A stretch of DNA of 64,000 nucleotides, taken from the IMG/VR virus record IMGVR_UViG_3300025930_000008, positions 43,023 through 107,022 of that record, one strand, 5' to 3'. Under the pieces are notes generated by a model. It saw only the letters and a program-made list of their open reading frames with translations. It was not told where the DNA came from and did not search any database. The stretch comes from a virus. Of this stretch, positions 24,467 to 34,183 are shown piece after piece (the stretch's first letter is position 1; every line of letters begins with the position of its first letter). A program made the translations under genes and the position numbers.

Positions 24467-26316
24467 ACGATAAGCTACTTAAGGAGATTGCACAGTCCGA
24501 TGAGGCAGGCAATTGGCTCATTCTGGCACATCATCCTGACGCACCCGGCGCGTGGTTGGTACAGTCTCTTGACCCAACTTTTTATCTGGATTTTGCCGAT
24601 CTTATCGGTAGCGTACGTGCAGTTCGACCGTCCGCTCTACAGGATTTCCTTCGCCGTGCTGATAGTCTTGGATATCATGTGGCTTTTGAGCGTGATCCGA
24701 GTGATGTACTTAGAGTTTATTCATCACTCAACGACGAACCAACCGTAGCGTTGTCGTCCACCCTGCCGGGGACTATCAAGGGGTTCCTCCCCTTTCAGAT
24801 ACAGGGCTTCAATTTCCTGAAAGACCTACCAGGGGGTGTCGCCATGTGGTCCACCGGGACCGGGAAAACCGTCCTGGCTTCCGCCCTCATCAAATACCAC
24901 ATTGATCTTGCCGACTTCGATCTTTGTTGGGTCGTCGTGAAGGCGCATAACAAGTTCAATACTGCACGCACCTTGGAGCGGTTGGCCCACATTGATTGTA
25001 CGGTGCTGGACGGCCCAAAGGAACGCAGAGAGGAAGTTTTTGCTGACCTCTCTAAACTTGAAAGTGGTCCGACCGTAGTCGTCACTAACTATGAAAAGTT
25101 CCGCGTCGATGCTGGACATATCATCCCCCTGTTTGAAGGTCGTAGGGTGCTACTTATTTGGGATGAGATGCCGACGAAGTTGAAGTCTCGTAAGAGCCAG
25201 CTATACAAGAGCGTCCGCAAGGCTCTTTACAAGAAAATGGACTTGTCTGTCCCCCGTCCTACCGCCACTAGGCAGTACATGTTGTCGGCTACTCCGATTG
25301 AGAACAACCCGGAGGATTGGTACAACTGTGTCAGACTATTAGACCCAAAAATCTACGGGTCGATAAAATCATTTCGGGACGAGTATGTCCAGTCCTATAA
25401 TCCGTTTAGCCATGAACCGGCTGTCTGGAAAAATCTGGACAGGATGGGCCTCAAGGCGTCCAAGATCACTCATCAGGTCGATAAGACTTCGCCGGGGATT
25501 GCCGAGCAGTTTCCCAAGGTTATTGAGGAACCGTATTACATCGACTGGAACAAGGAACATAAAGTCCTGTACGAGTGGCTGACCGCTGAGGCGAAGGATA
25601 AGGCCAATTCTACGTTCACCCAGGACGGGGTTCTAGGTTTGATCCACGTCTTGCAGATGATGTGCTGCGCGCCTAGTATGGTCCAGAATAGTGCTAGTGC
25701 GCGTCTTGACTATGAGTTGGGATTCCTCAAGTCTAAGGCGGGATCAGTAGCGGCTAAAGAGTTTATACTATTACTAAACAAAAATCTACAGGACCAAAAT
25801 TTTTCTAAGCTGGAAACCCTAAAGCACTTACTACTGGAACAGCATCCCGATGAGAAGGTTGTAATCTTCTCAAGTTTCAATGACACCTTGATGCCGATTC
25901 TCTCCGACAACCTGAATCAGTGGGGCATCCAGCACGTCCGCTACAATGGTACGGCTCAGCAGAAGCAGGTTGCACAGGACTATTTTCAACAAGAAGATTT
26001 CGTAAAAGTTTTCTTATCATCAGATCAAGGCTCTGACTCAATCAGCTTAGAGCAGGCATCTGTTGTAATACACTACGATCTTCCGTGGAAGTGGTCTACC
26101 TATATACAACGTCAGAACAGGATTCATAGGGTCGTTTCCCCACACCAGCACGTACGATTCTATACCCTCATGATGGTCGATTCCGTCGAGGAACGCAAGA
26201 TGAAGGTTATCTCCAAGAAGCACCAATACCATGACGGCGTATTCAAGGGCGACGTTTCACATCAGTCCGAGTCGGCTCGTATGACCCGTGAGGACTTGTT
26301 GTATATCCTCGGCTAG
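24445..26316 (+). CDS. SNF2-family helicase
   Basis: PFQ..G, TGTGKT, NYE, DEMP, LSATPIEN, KVVIFS, Q...RIHR. Confidence 0.9.
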   Translation: MGTYSLLDDKLLKEIAQSDEAGNWLILAHHPDAPGAWLVQSLDPTFYLDFADLIGSVRAVRPSALQDFLRRADSLGYHVAFERDPSDVLRVYSSLNDEPTVALSSTLPGTIKGFLPFQIQGFNFLKDLPGGVAMWSTGTGKTVLASALIKYHIDLADFDLCWVVVKAHNKFNTARTLERLAHIDCTVLDGPKERREEVFADLSKLESGPTVVVTNYEKFRVDAGHIIPLFEGRRVLLIWDEMPTKLKSRKSQLYKSVRKALYKKMDLSVPRPTATRQYMLSATPIENNPEDWYNCVRLLDPKIYGSIKSFRDEYVQSYNPFSHEPAVWKNLDRMGLKASKITHQVDKTSPGIAEQFPKVIEEPYYIDWNKEHKVLYEWLTAEAKDKANSTFTQDGVLGLIHVLQMMCCAPSMVQNSASARLDYELGFLKSKAGSVAAKEFILLLNKNLQDQNFSKLETLKHLLLEQHPDEKVVIFSSFNDTLMPILSDNLNQWGIQHVRYNGTAQQKQVAQDYFQQEDFVKVFLSSDQGSDSISLEQASVVIHYDLPWKWSTYIQRQNRIHRVVSPHQHVRFYTLMMVDSVEERKMKVISKKHQYHDGVFKGDVSHQSESARMTREDLLYILG

Positions 26317-27494
26317 CTTAGCCTATAGCTGATGCCGTCGAGGCAGAACCATTTGCCGGAAGGTCCGCTGAAAACGTTATTACTAAGAGGGGTAATTCCT
26401 CCCGCCGTGTCTATCTGCACATATGGCATGATATTGCTTCCGTATATATTACTGGCGGCGTAAGCCGTCACCTGTTGAGTTGGTCTGACAGCAGCAGGTA
26501 GCGTCGCCTGACTACCGAAGGCGGTAATATTGATACAACCGCTCAGATATACTGTGCCCATGTAAACGGTATACTGTGGTGGGCCATAGCCTGTTGCTCC
26601 GGCTCCTGTAGCACCATTGATTAGCGTTATAGCAACGGGATTATCAGGCACAACAAGATTATCTGGCAGGGAGGCAGTAACTGGATTGAGAGAACCTATT
26701 GTGACATTGCTTTGGACCGAACCCATTGGAACAATCCAGCGAAGAGATGAGATATAAGCGTCAGCAGCATTGGTCACCGCAGTTTTTAGAATAATTTTAT
26801 TGGGCGAACCGGGTGTCACATCGGCGATACCATGTGCCTCTGCGCTCGTCAAAACAACTGGAAATCCAGAGGTGGCTCCAGGCATCCAACCTCCGGGCAT
26901 GGTGACCATAGTTGTTCCGGTGGCCTTTGAGGTGGTTGTACTTAGGAATCCATCACATTGAGCTAAACCATTAGGTTCAATCCACACCTCCCCTGTGCCG
27001 ACCCAGGCGCTATTAACCATAAAGTTGTCGGATACACTGCTGGGGCCTACCGTCAGAATAGGAGCATTAGCTGCGATAGCTCCTATCTTGCGACTGGTCC
27101 AAGGTATCCAACTTATATAACGGATTCCGTCTAATCCAATGTGATTCCATGAACCGTTACCAACGGGTATGATCGGAAAGACGGTTATATTTCCGTTATT
27201 CTCATCTACAGTGATACTTGTCGCATCGTTCCGGGCAGCGATAGTCGTAACTGGAAATTTACACGTTTGCAGAGGTTGATAATTGCTTTCAATGGTGGCA
27301 ACAATCGTATTGGTAGCGTTGGTACCGTCAATCGTACCTCTAAGGTGAACGGTCCCCATACGATCTTTATAGTAACCAACACTGGTCCCGCCTTGAGCCA
27401 CCCATCCATTCAAAAGCGTGAGTGGACGCCACGGGTCTAACTCGTTACTCGCGGTGATACTTGTAGAAACCGGGAGAAGTGTCCCAAACGACAT
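26313..27494 (-). CDS. tail fibre / receptor-binding-type protein with three repeated beta domains
   Basis: Repeated L.NG...G.V.L.G...TLP...RP...LDGI.Y modules. Confidence 0.7.
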   Translation of the reverse strand: MSFGTLLPVSTSITASNELDPWRPLTLLNGWVAQGGTSVGYYKDRMGTVHLRGTIDGTNATNTIVATIESNYQPLQTCKFPVTTIAARNDATSITVDENNGNITVFPIIPVGNGSWNHIGLDGIRYISWIPWTSRKIGAIAANAPILTVGPSSVSDNFMVNSAWVGTGEVWIEPNGLAQCDGFLSTTTSKATGTTMVTMPGGWMPGATSGFPVVLTSAEAHGIADVTPGSPNKIILKTAVTNAADAYISSLRWIVPMGSVQSNVTIGSLNPVTASLPDNLVVPDNPVAITLINGATGAGATGYGPPQYTVYMGTVYLSGCINITAFGSQATLPAAVRPTQQVTAYAASNIYGSNIMPYVQIDTAGGITPLSNNVFSGPSGKWFCLDGISYRLS

Positions 27495-28018
27495 TATGTA
27501 CCTATAATGCCAAGGTCCCTAAGGACTTTAGCCATTTCAGAGACATAGCGAATAGTATCATTGAGCGTTGAAGTTGAACTCAACTGCGTCTTGCCCGTGC
27601 CTATGGCTGGGGGAGAAATGGAAGCGCCCCAGCCCGTGCTTTGGTTCACGGGCGCAGCGTTATAGAATCCTGCCTGTGTTCCCTGATGGACCAAAGGACC
27701 CTGGAAGGTTGATGTGCCTGTAAAGGTCGGGCCAGCTTTAGGAGCCAGGGCGAGGATGGTCGTACCACTGGTCGCCTCAAATTGCTGGTTATATGTGGCA
27801 AAGCCAGCGCCAGAAATCCTGAGGTCGTAAGAGCCTTCGTTGACCCACGCCTCAACGCGCCCGTTCACAGTAGGTACGGCGGCGCTGATAGGACTACCCG
27901 ATGAGTTATACACCGCAGCGTCCGTTTCAGATCCGCGTAGCTTGACGGTGAGCGTGCCACTGGCGGCTGTACCGTCCGAAATCTTTTGGATCATTACGTC
28001 GATCTTTACAAGAGCCAT
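27494..28018 (-). CDS. virion structural protein (fibre-associated)
   Basis: Ig-like N-terminus, GFYN..PV...LRDLGII C-terminus. Confidence 0.6.
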   Translation of the reverse strand: MALVKIDVMIQKISDGTAASGTLTVKLRGSETDAAVYNSSGSPISAAVPTVNGRVEAWVNEGSYDLRISGAGFATYNQQFEATSGTTILALAPKAGPTFTGTSTFQGPLVHQGTQAGFYNAAPVNQSTGWGASISPPAIGTGKTQLSSTSTLNDTIRYVSEMAKVLRDLGIIGT

Positions 28019-28036
28019 ACGTTTATTAAGTTCCGA

Positions 28037-28501
28037 TTAGACCCAAATTAGACCTTCGCCAACACGGAAAGAGTCTCCCGTAGAACGTAGCATTGGGTTG
28101 AGGCTGCCCCAGGCAACTCGACCTTGATCGTCAGTTACCCTAAGATGGACGATAATATCTTGACCGCCATATGTATATGTGTAATTGACTGGATTACCTA
28201 CGCCTTGAGAGCCATCTCCGAAATCCCATAACCATTCGACCGGAGTGAATGGATCATAAACCGTAAGAGAACCGGTCATAACCAGGGGTTGGCCCGCATC
28301 ATGGTAGTACATTGTGGGGGCGTTATCATATGTATAACTACCATAATTTGTGCTAACGGAGACTACCTCTGCATTAGGGCTAATAACAATATTAACAGAT
28401 GGCAAGAGGTATTTGAGAGGGATCGAATTGATCGACTCTACTGCCTCTGATGTAGTATATTTACGAATAGGTGGCACGACGACTGATATTATGGGTTCCA
28501 A
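28037..28501 (-). CDS. PKD-domain protein
   Basis: WLWDFGDG..G.GNPV.YTY...V.LRVTDD.G. Confidence 0.8.
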   Translation of the reverse strand: MEPIISVVVPPIRKYTTSEAVESINSIPLKYLLPSVNIVISPNAEVVSVSTNYGSYTYDNAPTMYYHDAGQPLVMTGSLTVYDPFTPVEWLWDFGDGSQGVGNPVNYTYTYGGQDIIVHLRVTDDQGRVAWGSLNPMLRSTGDSFRVGEGLIWV

Positions 28502-31338
28502 ACAAAACGACCAAGCTGCGCATACTGCGGCTTGACGTAGATTTTGTCGATGTTTATTCCTTGCTTGAGCGCTTGCGCCCTGATCTGAATGAAGTTTCCA
28601 CGGGTTCCAAAGAGAACTCCGTTGTCGTTATTTACGAGGCTGCGGAAATCAATCCAGTTATTACCGCCACGACCCCAAGGATCTAGCGCTTCTGATCTAC
28701 CCGAGTAGGCTACGCTTCGTTCCATGAAGTAAAGATTATCTACCCACCATGTAAAGTCGCCATTCATCTGCATCAGGACAAATCTATACTTGCCTGACAT
28801 TTGATTAGATGCGCCAGAAGCATACACTCGGAAGGTCTGCCAACGGTTATCTACCCCGCGAGTCATGACTAGAGGGATAAGCATTCCCCGTTCATTCAAC
28901 AACCCTGGTAGGAAGTTATTAGCCCCACCCGTAGCTGTATAGAGGTCGAAGAAAATTTCTGTATTGTTGAAATCTTCAAATGTATGGAAGTCTGTCCATA
29001 AGCCTTGGCCGGGAGTAGCTGCCACGCGGACTGAACCGTCTGCTGAACGGGTCACTCGGGTATCCGCGAAAATTTCTGAGCCGAATGCCGCAGAGGTGTT
29101 TGGAATGATTGTTTGATCTGGTGTACTGCCGCTGTAAATGCGCGCACCCACAACAGGAGTGAAGGATTCAAAACTGTTTGTCATCACTTCGCCGTACATC
29201 ATTCCACGACTGCGCACAGAATCAACGTAAGCGTCAGTGTCATGAAGGTCAATCTGCCAGCCGACACGCCCTCGTCTACGCTTGAATAGGAAGTCATTGC
29301 GGACGCCGGTACTGTCAAACACAGGAGAACTAACGTCAATTGCCCCGTTAGGCTCAATCTCAAAAATCTTCAAAGTGACTGTCGAGTCAATAACGTCGAT
29401 ACGGAAAGTGTAAGATGTATTGGCTGTCAAAGTGGCAGGCCAGTAATAACGTTCATCATCGTTCAGTGTCTCTGTAGTTGACAACTCAACCTGATTGAAC
29501 AAACCAAAGTTCAAAGTGATCTTGACCCAAGATGCTGAAATTGTGTCAACCAGTCGTTCCATTTCAGCCTGTGTCTTGGGGTCAAGGTTGCTCTGAGTAA
29601 GATTCTCCAAATCTGACTGTGGGCGTGGGTTATAACGAGCCTGACCATAATCCGGTTGCCTCATACGAGCGTTGAGCGACGCTTGGTTCTCGCCATAACT
29701 TGGGACAACACCGGGGTCAGTGCCATCTAGGTCTAGCTGGGTCAAAAAGTCCTCGCGTCGGCCTCTGATATAAAGGTCAATCTTATTGTTAGCGGCCATA
29801 GACCCTGTAAAGAATGTCACTCCCATTCTGACATTGACAGGGCGAGGATCATCAGGGCCACCCGGATCGTCTAGGGTAGCGCGCCACACATGCGGAAGGG
29901 CGGCAGTAGGAACGGTGCCATCACGATTGATGGTTATACGCAAAACATTGTGTAGCGTATCTATGTCCAGTTTGGACAGAGAAATTTGGTCATCGCTTCC
30001 AAGGGCAGGCGGCGGTGGTGACCACGTAGGTGACAAGAATCTAAGCGCGGCTACAGTAATCGCCGCAGGCGAGGTTGGAGGATCAACGCCCGTGCCAACA
30101 ATTTGGTTGATGAGAATATCAGACTTGGGCGTACCTGTATTATTCTCTACGTAGATAGAGAATCGAGCCGTGGTAAACCCTGGTCCCTGTGGCCCTGTGG
30201 CGGTGCCTGTGACCTTAGAAGATAGGTCGCTGTGAAGCACCGTCCACGCTGATCCATCAGGACTGACTTCAAAATATACAGTGCCACTGGCTTCGCGGAT
30301 ACGGAACCATTTATGGGCGACCGGATTATATACGTTCGTAGTGCCAGATGAGGTGGGCGGGGTGGCGCTACCAAATCCTAGCGTACAAATCAAATTGCCT
30401 GCGGCGTTGACATGCATGCTAGCTGTACCGTATTGAGGCTCTAGCTTGTACCAAAATTCAATGCCTGTAGGCATTGAGGTAATTTCAGCCGCTACGCTAG
30501 AGTTCAACATATTCCGGCGCTCTTTTCCAGAGAATTCCTCAGAAGAGTTTGCAGCCGTGGTCATATGTAGGCTGCCGCCAGATGTGAAAATTCTTGTCGG
30601 AGTGCCACCATCATCCCACTTTGAACGGTCAAGGCTTAAACTGAAGTCATCGTCAAAATTGTCAAAGGTCGGGCCTGAGGTAACAGAGGGTACAAAATGA
30701 AAGTGAACTGTGTCAAACGTATCTGGCACAGCAGAGGCCGGGAAAGTCAATTCTTGATTGCCATTGACAGATTGAATGTTAGTCAAGAAAATCTTCGTTG
30801 ATCCTACCGGGGGGCCGGTGCCGCGATCAAAGTCATTAGGAACAAATTCTATATAGCTAAGGTTCTTATCTACATAGAGGCCAGGAAAATTGGGGAGTGT
30901 AATTGACAACTGCCAATCATCAGGCACTTGTGTGAAATCTAAAGGCGTTTCAATCTTTGACCAGGCGTCTATACCATTGGGTCCCGCTGGGGCATACATT
31001 GGCATGCTAAGGCGCAACGAAGGTAAACCTCCTAATGCCGAGTCAGCGCCATCTGGGAGCGGAGTGACACTGAATTCATTACTGCTCCACGCTTCAGTTA
31101 GTGATACGTTGTGACTGTCAAAATCGCTCATGATGAAGTCGCCAAGTTCTGTAGGACCCACCAGCTTTTGAGACAATTCATACATCTGCCATTCGACTTC
31201 TGTATCAACCTTGAAGAACGAGCGAATGTCGGCATGCGCCTTTGACTTGTAGTAGTCGTACAGGGTAACGTCGTTCGTATCGTAATACTGTAGGCGACCG
31301 AGAGGGTCGTCAAATGTCTCTGTGATCGGAACGGTCAT
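28489..31338 (-). CDS. minor tail / baseplate protein with ConA-like insert
   Basis: 949 aa, beta-rich; WFRIRE.SGTVYFEVSPDG..W. Confidence 0.7.
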   Translation of the reverse strand: MTVPITETFDDPLGRLQYYDTNDVTLYDYYKSKAHADIRSFFKVDTEVEWQMYELSQKLVGPTELGDFIMSDFDSHNVSLTEAWSSNEFSVTPLPDGADSALGGLPSLRLSMPMYAPAGPNGIDAWSKIETPLDFTQVPDDWQLSITLPNFPGLYVDKNLSYIEFVPNDFDRGTGPPVGSTKIFLTNIQSVNGNQELTFPASAVPDTFDTVHFHFVPSVTSGPTFDNFDDDFSLSLDRSKWDDGGTPTRIFTSGGSLHMTTAANSSEEFSGKERRNMLNSSVAAEITSMPTGIEFWYKLEPQYGTASMHVNAAGNLICTLGFGSATPPTSSGTTNVYNPVAHKWFRIREASGTVYFEVSPDGSAWTVLHSDLSSKVTGTATGPQGPGFTTARFSIYVENNTGTPKSDILINQIVGTGVDPPTSPAAITVAALRFLSPTWSPPPPALGSDDQISLSKLDIDTLHNVLRITINRDGTVPTAALPHVWRATLDDPGGPDDPRPVNVRMGVTFFTGSMAANNKIDLYIRGRREDFLTQLDLDGTDPGVVPSYGENQASLNARMRQPDYGQARYNPRPQSDLENLTQSNLDPKTQAEMERLVDTISASWVKITLNFGLFNQVELSTTETLNDDERYYWPATLTANTSYTFRIDVIDSTVTLKIFEIEPNGAIDVSSPVFDSTGVRNDFLFKRRRGRVGWQIDLHDTDAYVDSVRSRGMMYGEVMTNSFESFTPVVGARIYSGSTPDQTIIPNTSAAFGSEIFADTRVTRSADGSVRVAATPGQGLWTDFHTFEDFNNTEIFFDLYTATGGANNFLPGLLNERGMLIPLVMTRGVDNRWQTFRVYASGASNQMSGKYRFVLMQMNGDFTWWVDNLYFMERSVAYSGRSEALDPWGRGGNNWIDFRSLVNNDNGVLFGTRGNFIQIRAQALKQGINIDKIYVKPQYAQLGRFVWNP

Positions 31339-32984
31339 TACGGAGCCGGATTCGGGTTGAACGGGATATATTCTTCGTCTAAGAAATCGTTACGAAGAAC
31401 GTTAGTGAAGTCTCCCAAATTTTCTACATACATGTCTTGATCGGATGCCGCTGTGTAGTGTTCTCGCGTGAAGGCAATCTCTCGGACGCCTGCAAAATAC
31501 GCCTTACCAGTTTCAAATTCTGCTTGCAATACCTTATAGGCGTGGCGACACGTTAGATAGAAGAACATGACGGGCATATTCTGCTCAATCAAGACCGGCA
31601 TACGATCCACACTAGACACCGCTGTGGTGTCTGCTCGCGTAACTGTGATCTGTTCTGTAGGATAGGGGCCAGTGGCAGATGCTGTTACATACTGAGCCAA
31701 CATACTGTCTAACTGGCTAGCCCTCTGCCCTGGCTGCTTGTAATACGGCTTCATTTCTACAGCGACCTGGGCTAGAGTATTCGCGTCTAACAATCCCGTG
31801 TCAGGCGTATTCAAGAATGATGAGATATCTCCACCGCTAGGCGGTACCTCAATCCCCGTGTGTAGGTCATCAAGGTAATAGTCATACGCTAGCTGTAGGG
31901 CGTCGTACACTACGCGCACACGACGGGCAATCACCGGGTCCTCAGTATTGTTCTGAGCATTGATCCTGGCGAGGAAATAGGCCAGCACCCACTTGGGATG
32001 CTTTTTATATGTTACTGGCTGGTGGAAAGTTCCAGGCGAGTAGGACTGTGCCTGTAAATGCGTGAATTCTACCTTGATGAACTTAGACGTGACAGGCTCG
32101 GGGAGCGGAATGTCAAGCCTGCGATCTAATTTGAAGTTATCGAAGATGGGGGTCCATAGCTTCTGCTCCCAATCAGCATCATCAGTACCAGGGTCGCCGT
32201 CACTGCTGTAGTAAACAGTGCAGTAGACGCCCGGAGTAATTGGGTCGATAAGCATACGGTCGGTCACCCTTGCGTGGCCTAGACCGTCGCTTACATCGTA
32301 ATACACTGACTCTACAGCGAACTTACTTGGGTTGGGTTTACTCATCCAAGCAGAATTTGTGTTGGTAGAGCCAACGGTATCAGCATTGGAAATAGAATTA
32401 CGCCTGACATAACCACGGTAACGATTACCAAGGAAGTCTGTACCAGAATCCCCCGAGGCGGTTAGCAAGCGGAAGGCCAAGTCTCCACCACCGTTTGTCC
32501 AAACCGGATCATGAGAATCGACCCCGAGCCGCATCTGAATCTCTGTCTGTTCCGTAGTCAGAGAAACAGGCTTGTTAAAGTAAGCTGTAATCCATACCTT
32601 GTCACCGATGTAGGGCGGCGGCTTCTGAACACTGCCCTGTGCTAGCTGCGTCCATTCTCCAAACTGATTGAATTCCAGCGTAAAGTTCACATAGAATGGC
32701 GGATACGGGAATGTCTCGTCTGTTTGAATACAAGCCTGTGCGCCGGTGATATCGGGCACATAGCCACCTGCTCGCGCTATATCAACGGGCAGAAAGAATT
32801 CTGTCCATTTGGTAAAGCTACTGGCGTCTACCGTTGTAGTGGCGACGGGCTGATTGACTTCAATGCCGCTGAGGTATTCGTGCCGATATGTAGCATCAGG
32901 GGCAAAGATGGGGAATGGCGCAGTAGACGAACCAGGGACCGTCGTTGTAGACGGTAGCGTTGAAGTGGATGGATAAACCGGCAT
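31338..32984 (-). CDS. minor tail / baseplate protein
   Basis: 548 aa; position after the baseplate wedge genes. Confidence 0.65.
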   Translation of the reverse strand: MPVYPSTSTLPSTTTVPGSSTAPFPIFAPDATYRHEYLSGIEVNQPVATTTVDASSFTKWTEFFLPVDIARAGGYVPDITGAQACIQTDETFPYPPFYVNFTLEFNQFGEWTQLAQGSVQKPPPYIGDKVWITAYFNKPVSLTTEQTEIQMRLGVDSHDPVWTNGGGDLAFRLLTASGDSGTDFLGNRYRGYVRRNSISNADTVGSTNTNSAWMSKPNPSKFAVESVYYDVSDGLGHARVTDRMLIDPITPGVYCTVYYSSDGDPGTDDADWEQKLWTPIFDNFKLDRRLDIPLPEPVTSKFIKVEFTHLQAQSYSPGTFHQPVTYKKHPKWVLAYFLARINAQNNTEDPVIARRVRVVYDALQLAYDYYLDDLHTGIEVPPSGGDISSFLNTPDTGLLDANTLAQVAVEMKPYYKQPGQRASQLDSMLAQYVTASATGPYPTEQITVTRADTTAVSSVDRMPVLIEQNMPVMFFYLTCRHAYKVLQAEFETGKAYFAGVREIAFTREHYTAASDQDMYVENLGDFTNVLRNDFLDEEYIPFNPNPAP

Positions 32985-32991
32985 AACATTA

Positions 32992-33117
32992 TTACTCTTG
33001 AGGCTGAGACTTAAGTTCTTCTAACTCTGCTTCTAGAGTTTTGATTTTTCCTTCTAGTATTCGTCGTTCTACTTCTAGATCGCCAATGATAGCCAACAAT
33101 GTATTTTGATCTACCAT
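32992..33117 (-). CDS. small coiled-coil protein (possible fibre chaperone)
   Basis: MVDQNTLLAIIGDLEVERRILEGKIKTLEAELEELK; TAATG-coupled. Confidence 0.6.
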   Translation of the reverse strand: MVDQNTLLAIIGDLEVERRILEGKIKTLEAELEELKSQPQE

Positions 33118-34181
33118 TATCCTAGCTCTGCCCAGGGCTGAATTCCCGTACCACCGGAGGTTAGGGTGCCGGGTGTGCCAGTTGTGAATCCTGAGGCAGC
33201 GCGAGCCAATCCAAAGGTTCTCAGGCCGCGTGTACCGGACATACCGGAGACTCCTGAGGCTCCACGTAACTGTAGAGTAGTCCCCGACCAAGCTATTCCA
33301 AGATAAACTTGCTGCTGTTCAGTCAAAACTACAGGCGAGGCAAGCGCTACGTCATACACTGTGCTAGCCGCCGTAACTGTTCCGGAGAGATTCGCTGTGG
33401 CCTGTAGCAATGTGCCGGTAGAATCCCAGACTGCGCCACGTACATCGGTGAGAGCCGAAGGCGCGGTACCTCCTGTGCAGAACCGAATGTTGGTATAAGT
33501 TCCGGCTTTCATAGCGAAGGCTGCGACTCCATACATAGTGCCGCTGACCAGGGTCAGGGCTGTCTGCGCATGTAAATCACTCATTGTCATCACATTGCTG
33601 GAACGACGCTTCAAGTGCAATTCGTTGAAATTGTTGCCTCCCGTGATGATATCGCCATCGGGGCCAACAACAAATCTTTCAACGCCATTCTGGCGGAAGT
33701 TCATCAGCTTGCCGGTAGTACCACCGACTTGTTCAGCGTCAAAGAAAATACCCTGGGCGGCTGTACCCGCTCCATTGCAGCGCAATGAGAGTACAGAGGC
33801 TCCACTGTCGTCAATAGAGCCGCCCGCCGTAGGACGATTGTGGGTAGCCTTGATCGTTCCCTTGCCTGTCTCATAGCCAGAGATACCAAAGGTGGTATCC
33901 ATTGGGCCTACGTTAGAATAATCGTTACCCGTGACAAGCAGAACGTTTCCGTTAGACGGTGCAGCCCCCGTACGATTGACGATAAGCAGATGGGTACTAG
34001 GAGCGCCTTGCACTCGCATAATCGCCTGACTGGTATCGGCAGTACCCGTGAAGGTATTGTTTCGCGTGAGACTACCGTCTGTGTATGTAGCTAGACGAGT
34101 CTCTAAATCCTCCATCGCTGCCGCTGAGAGGGGTGTGGTAGTCTCGGGAGCGTCTTTCCAATCTTTAACTGTAAATGCCAT
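33117..34181 (-). CDS. tail fibre / tailspike-like protein
   Basis: N-terminal W.D.P..TTPLSA..M..LE anchor; DT.FGISG.E..KGTIK..H segment reminiscent of phage hyaluronidase beta-helix. Confidence 0.65.
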   Translation of the reverse strand: MAFTVKDWKDAPETTTPLSAAAMEDLETRLATYTDGSLTRNNTFTGTADTSQAIMRVQGAPSTHLLIVNRTGAAPSNGNVLLVTGNDYSNVGPMDTTFGISGYETGKGTIKATHNRPTAGGSIDDSGASVLSLRCNGAGTAAQGIFFDAEQVGGTTGKLMNFRQNGVERFVVGPDGDIITGGNNFNELHLKRRSSNVMTMSDLHAQTALTLVSGTMYGVAAFAMKAGTYTNIRFCTGGTAPSALTDVRGAVWDSTGTLLQATANLSGTVTAASTVYDVALASPVVLTEQQQVYLGIAWSGTTLQLRGASGVSGMSGTRGLRTFGLARAASGFTTGTPGTLTSGGTGIQPWAELG

Positions 34182-34183
34182 AG

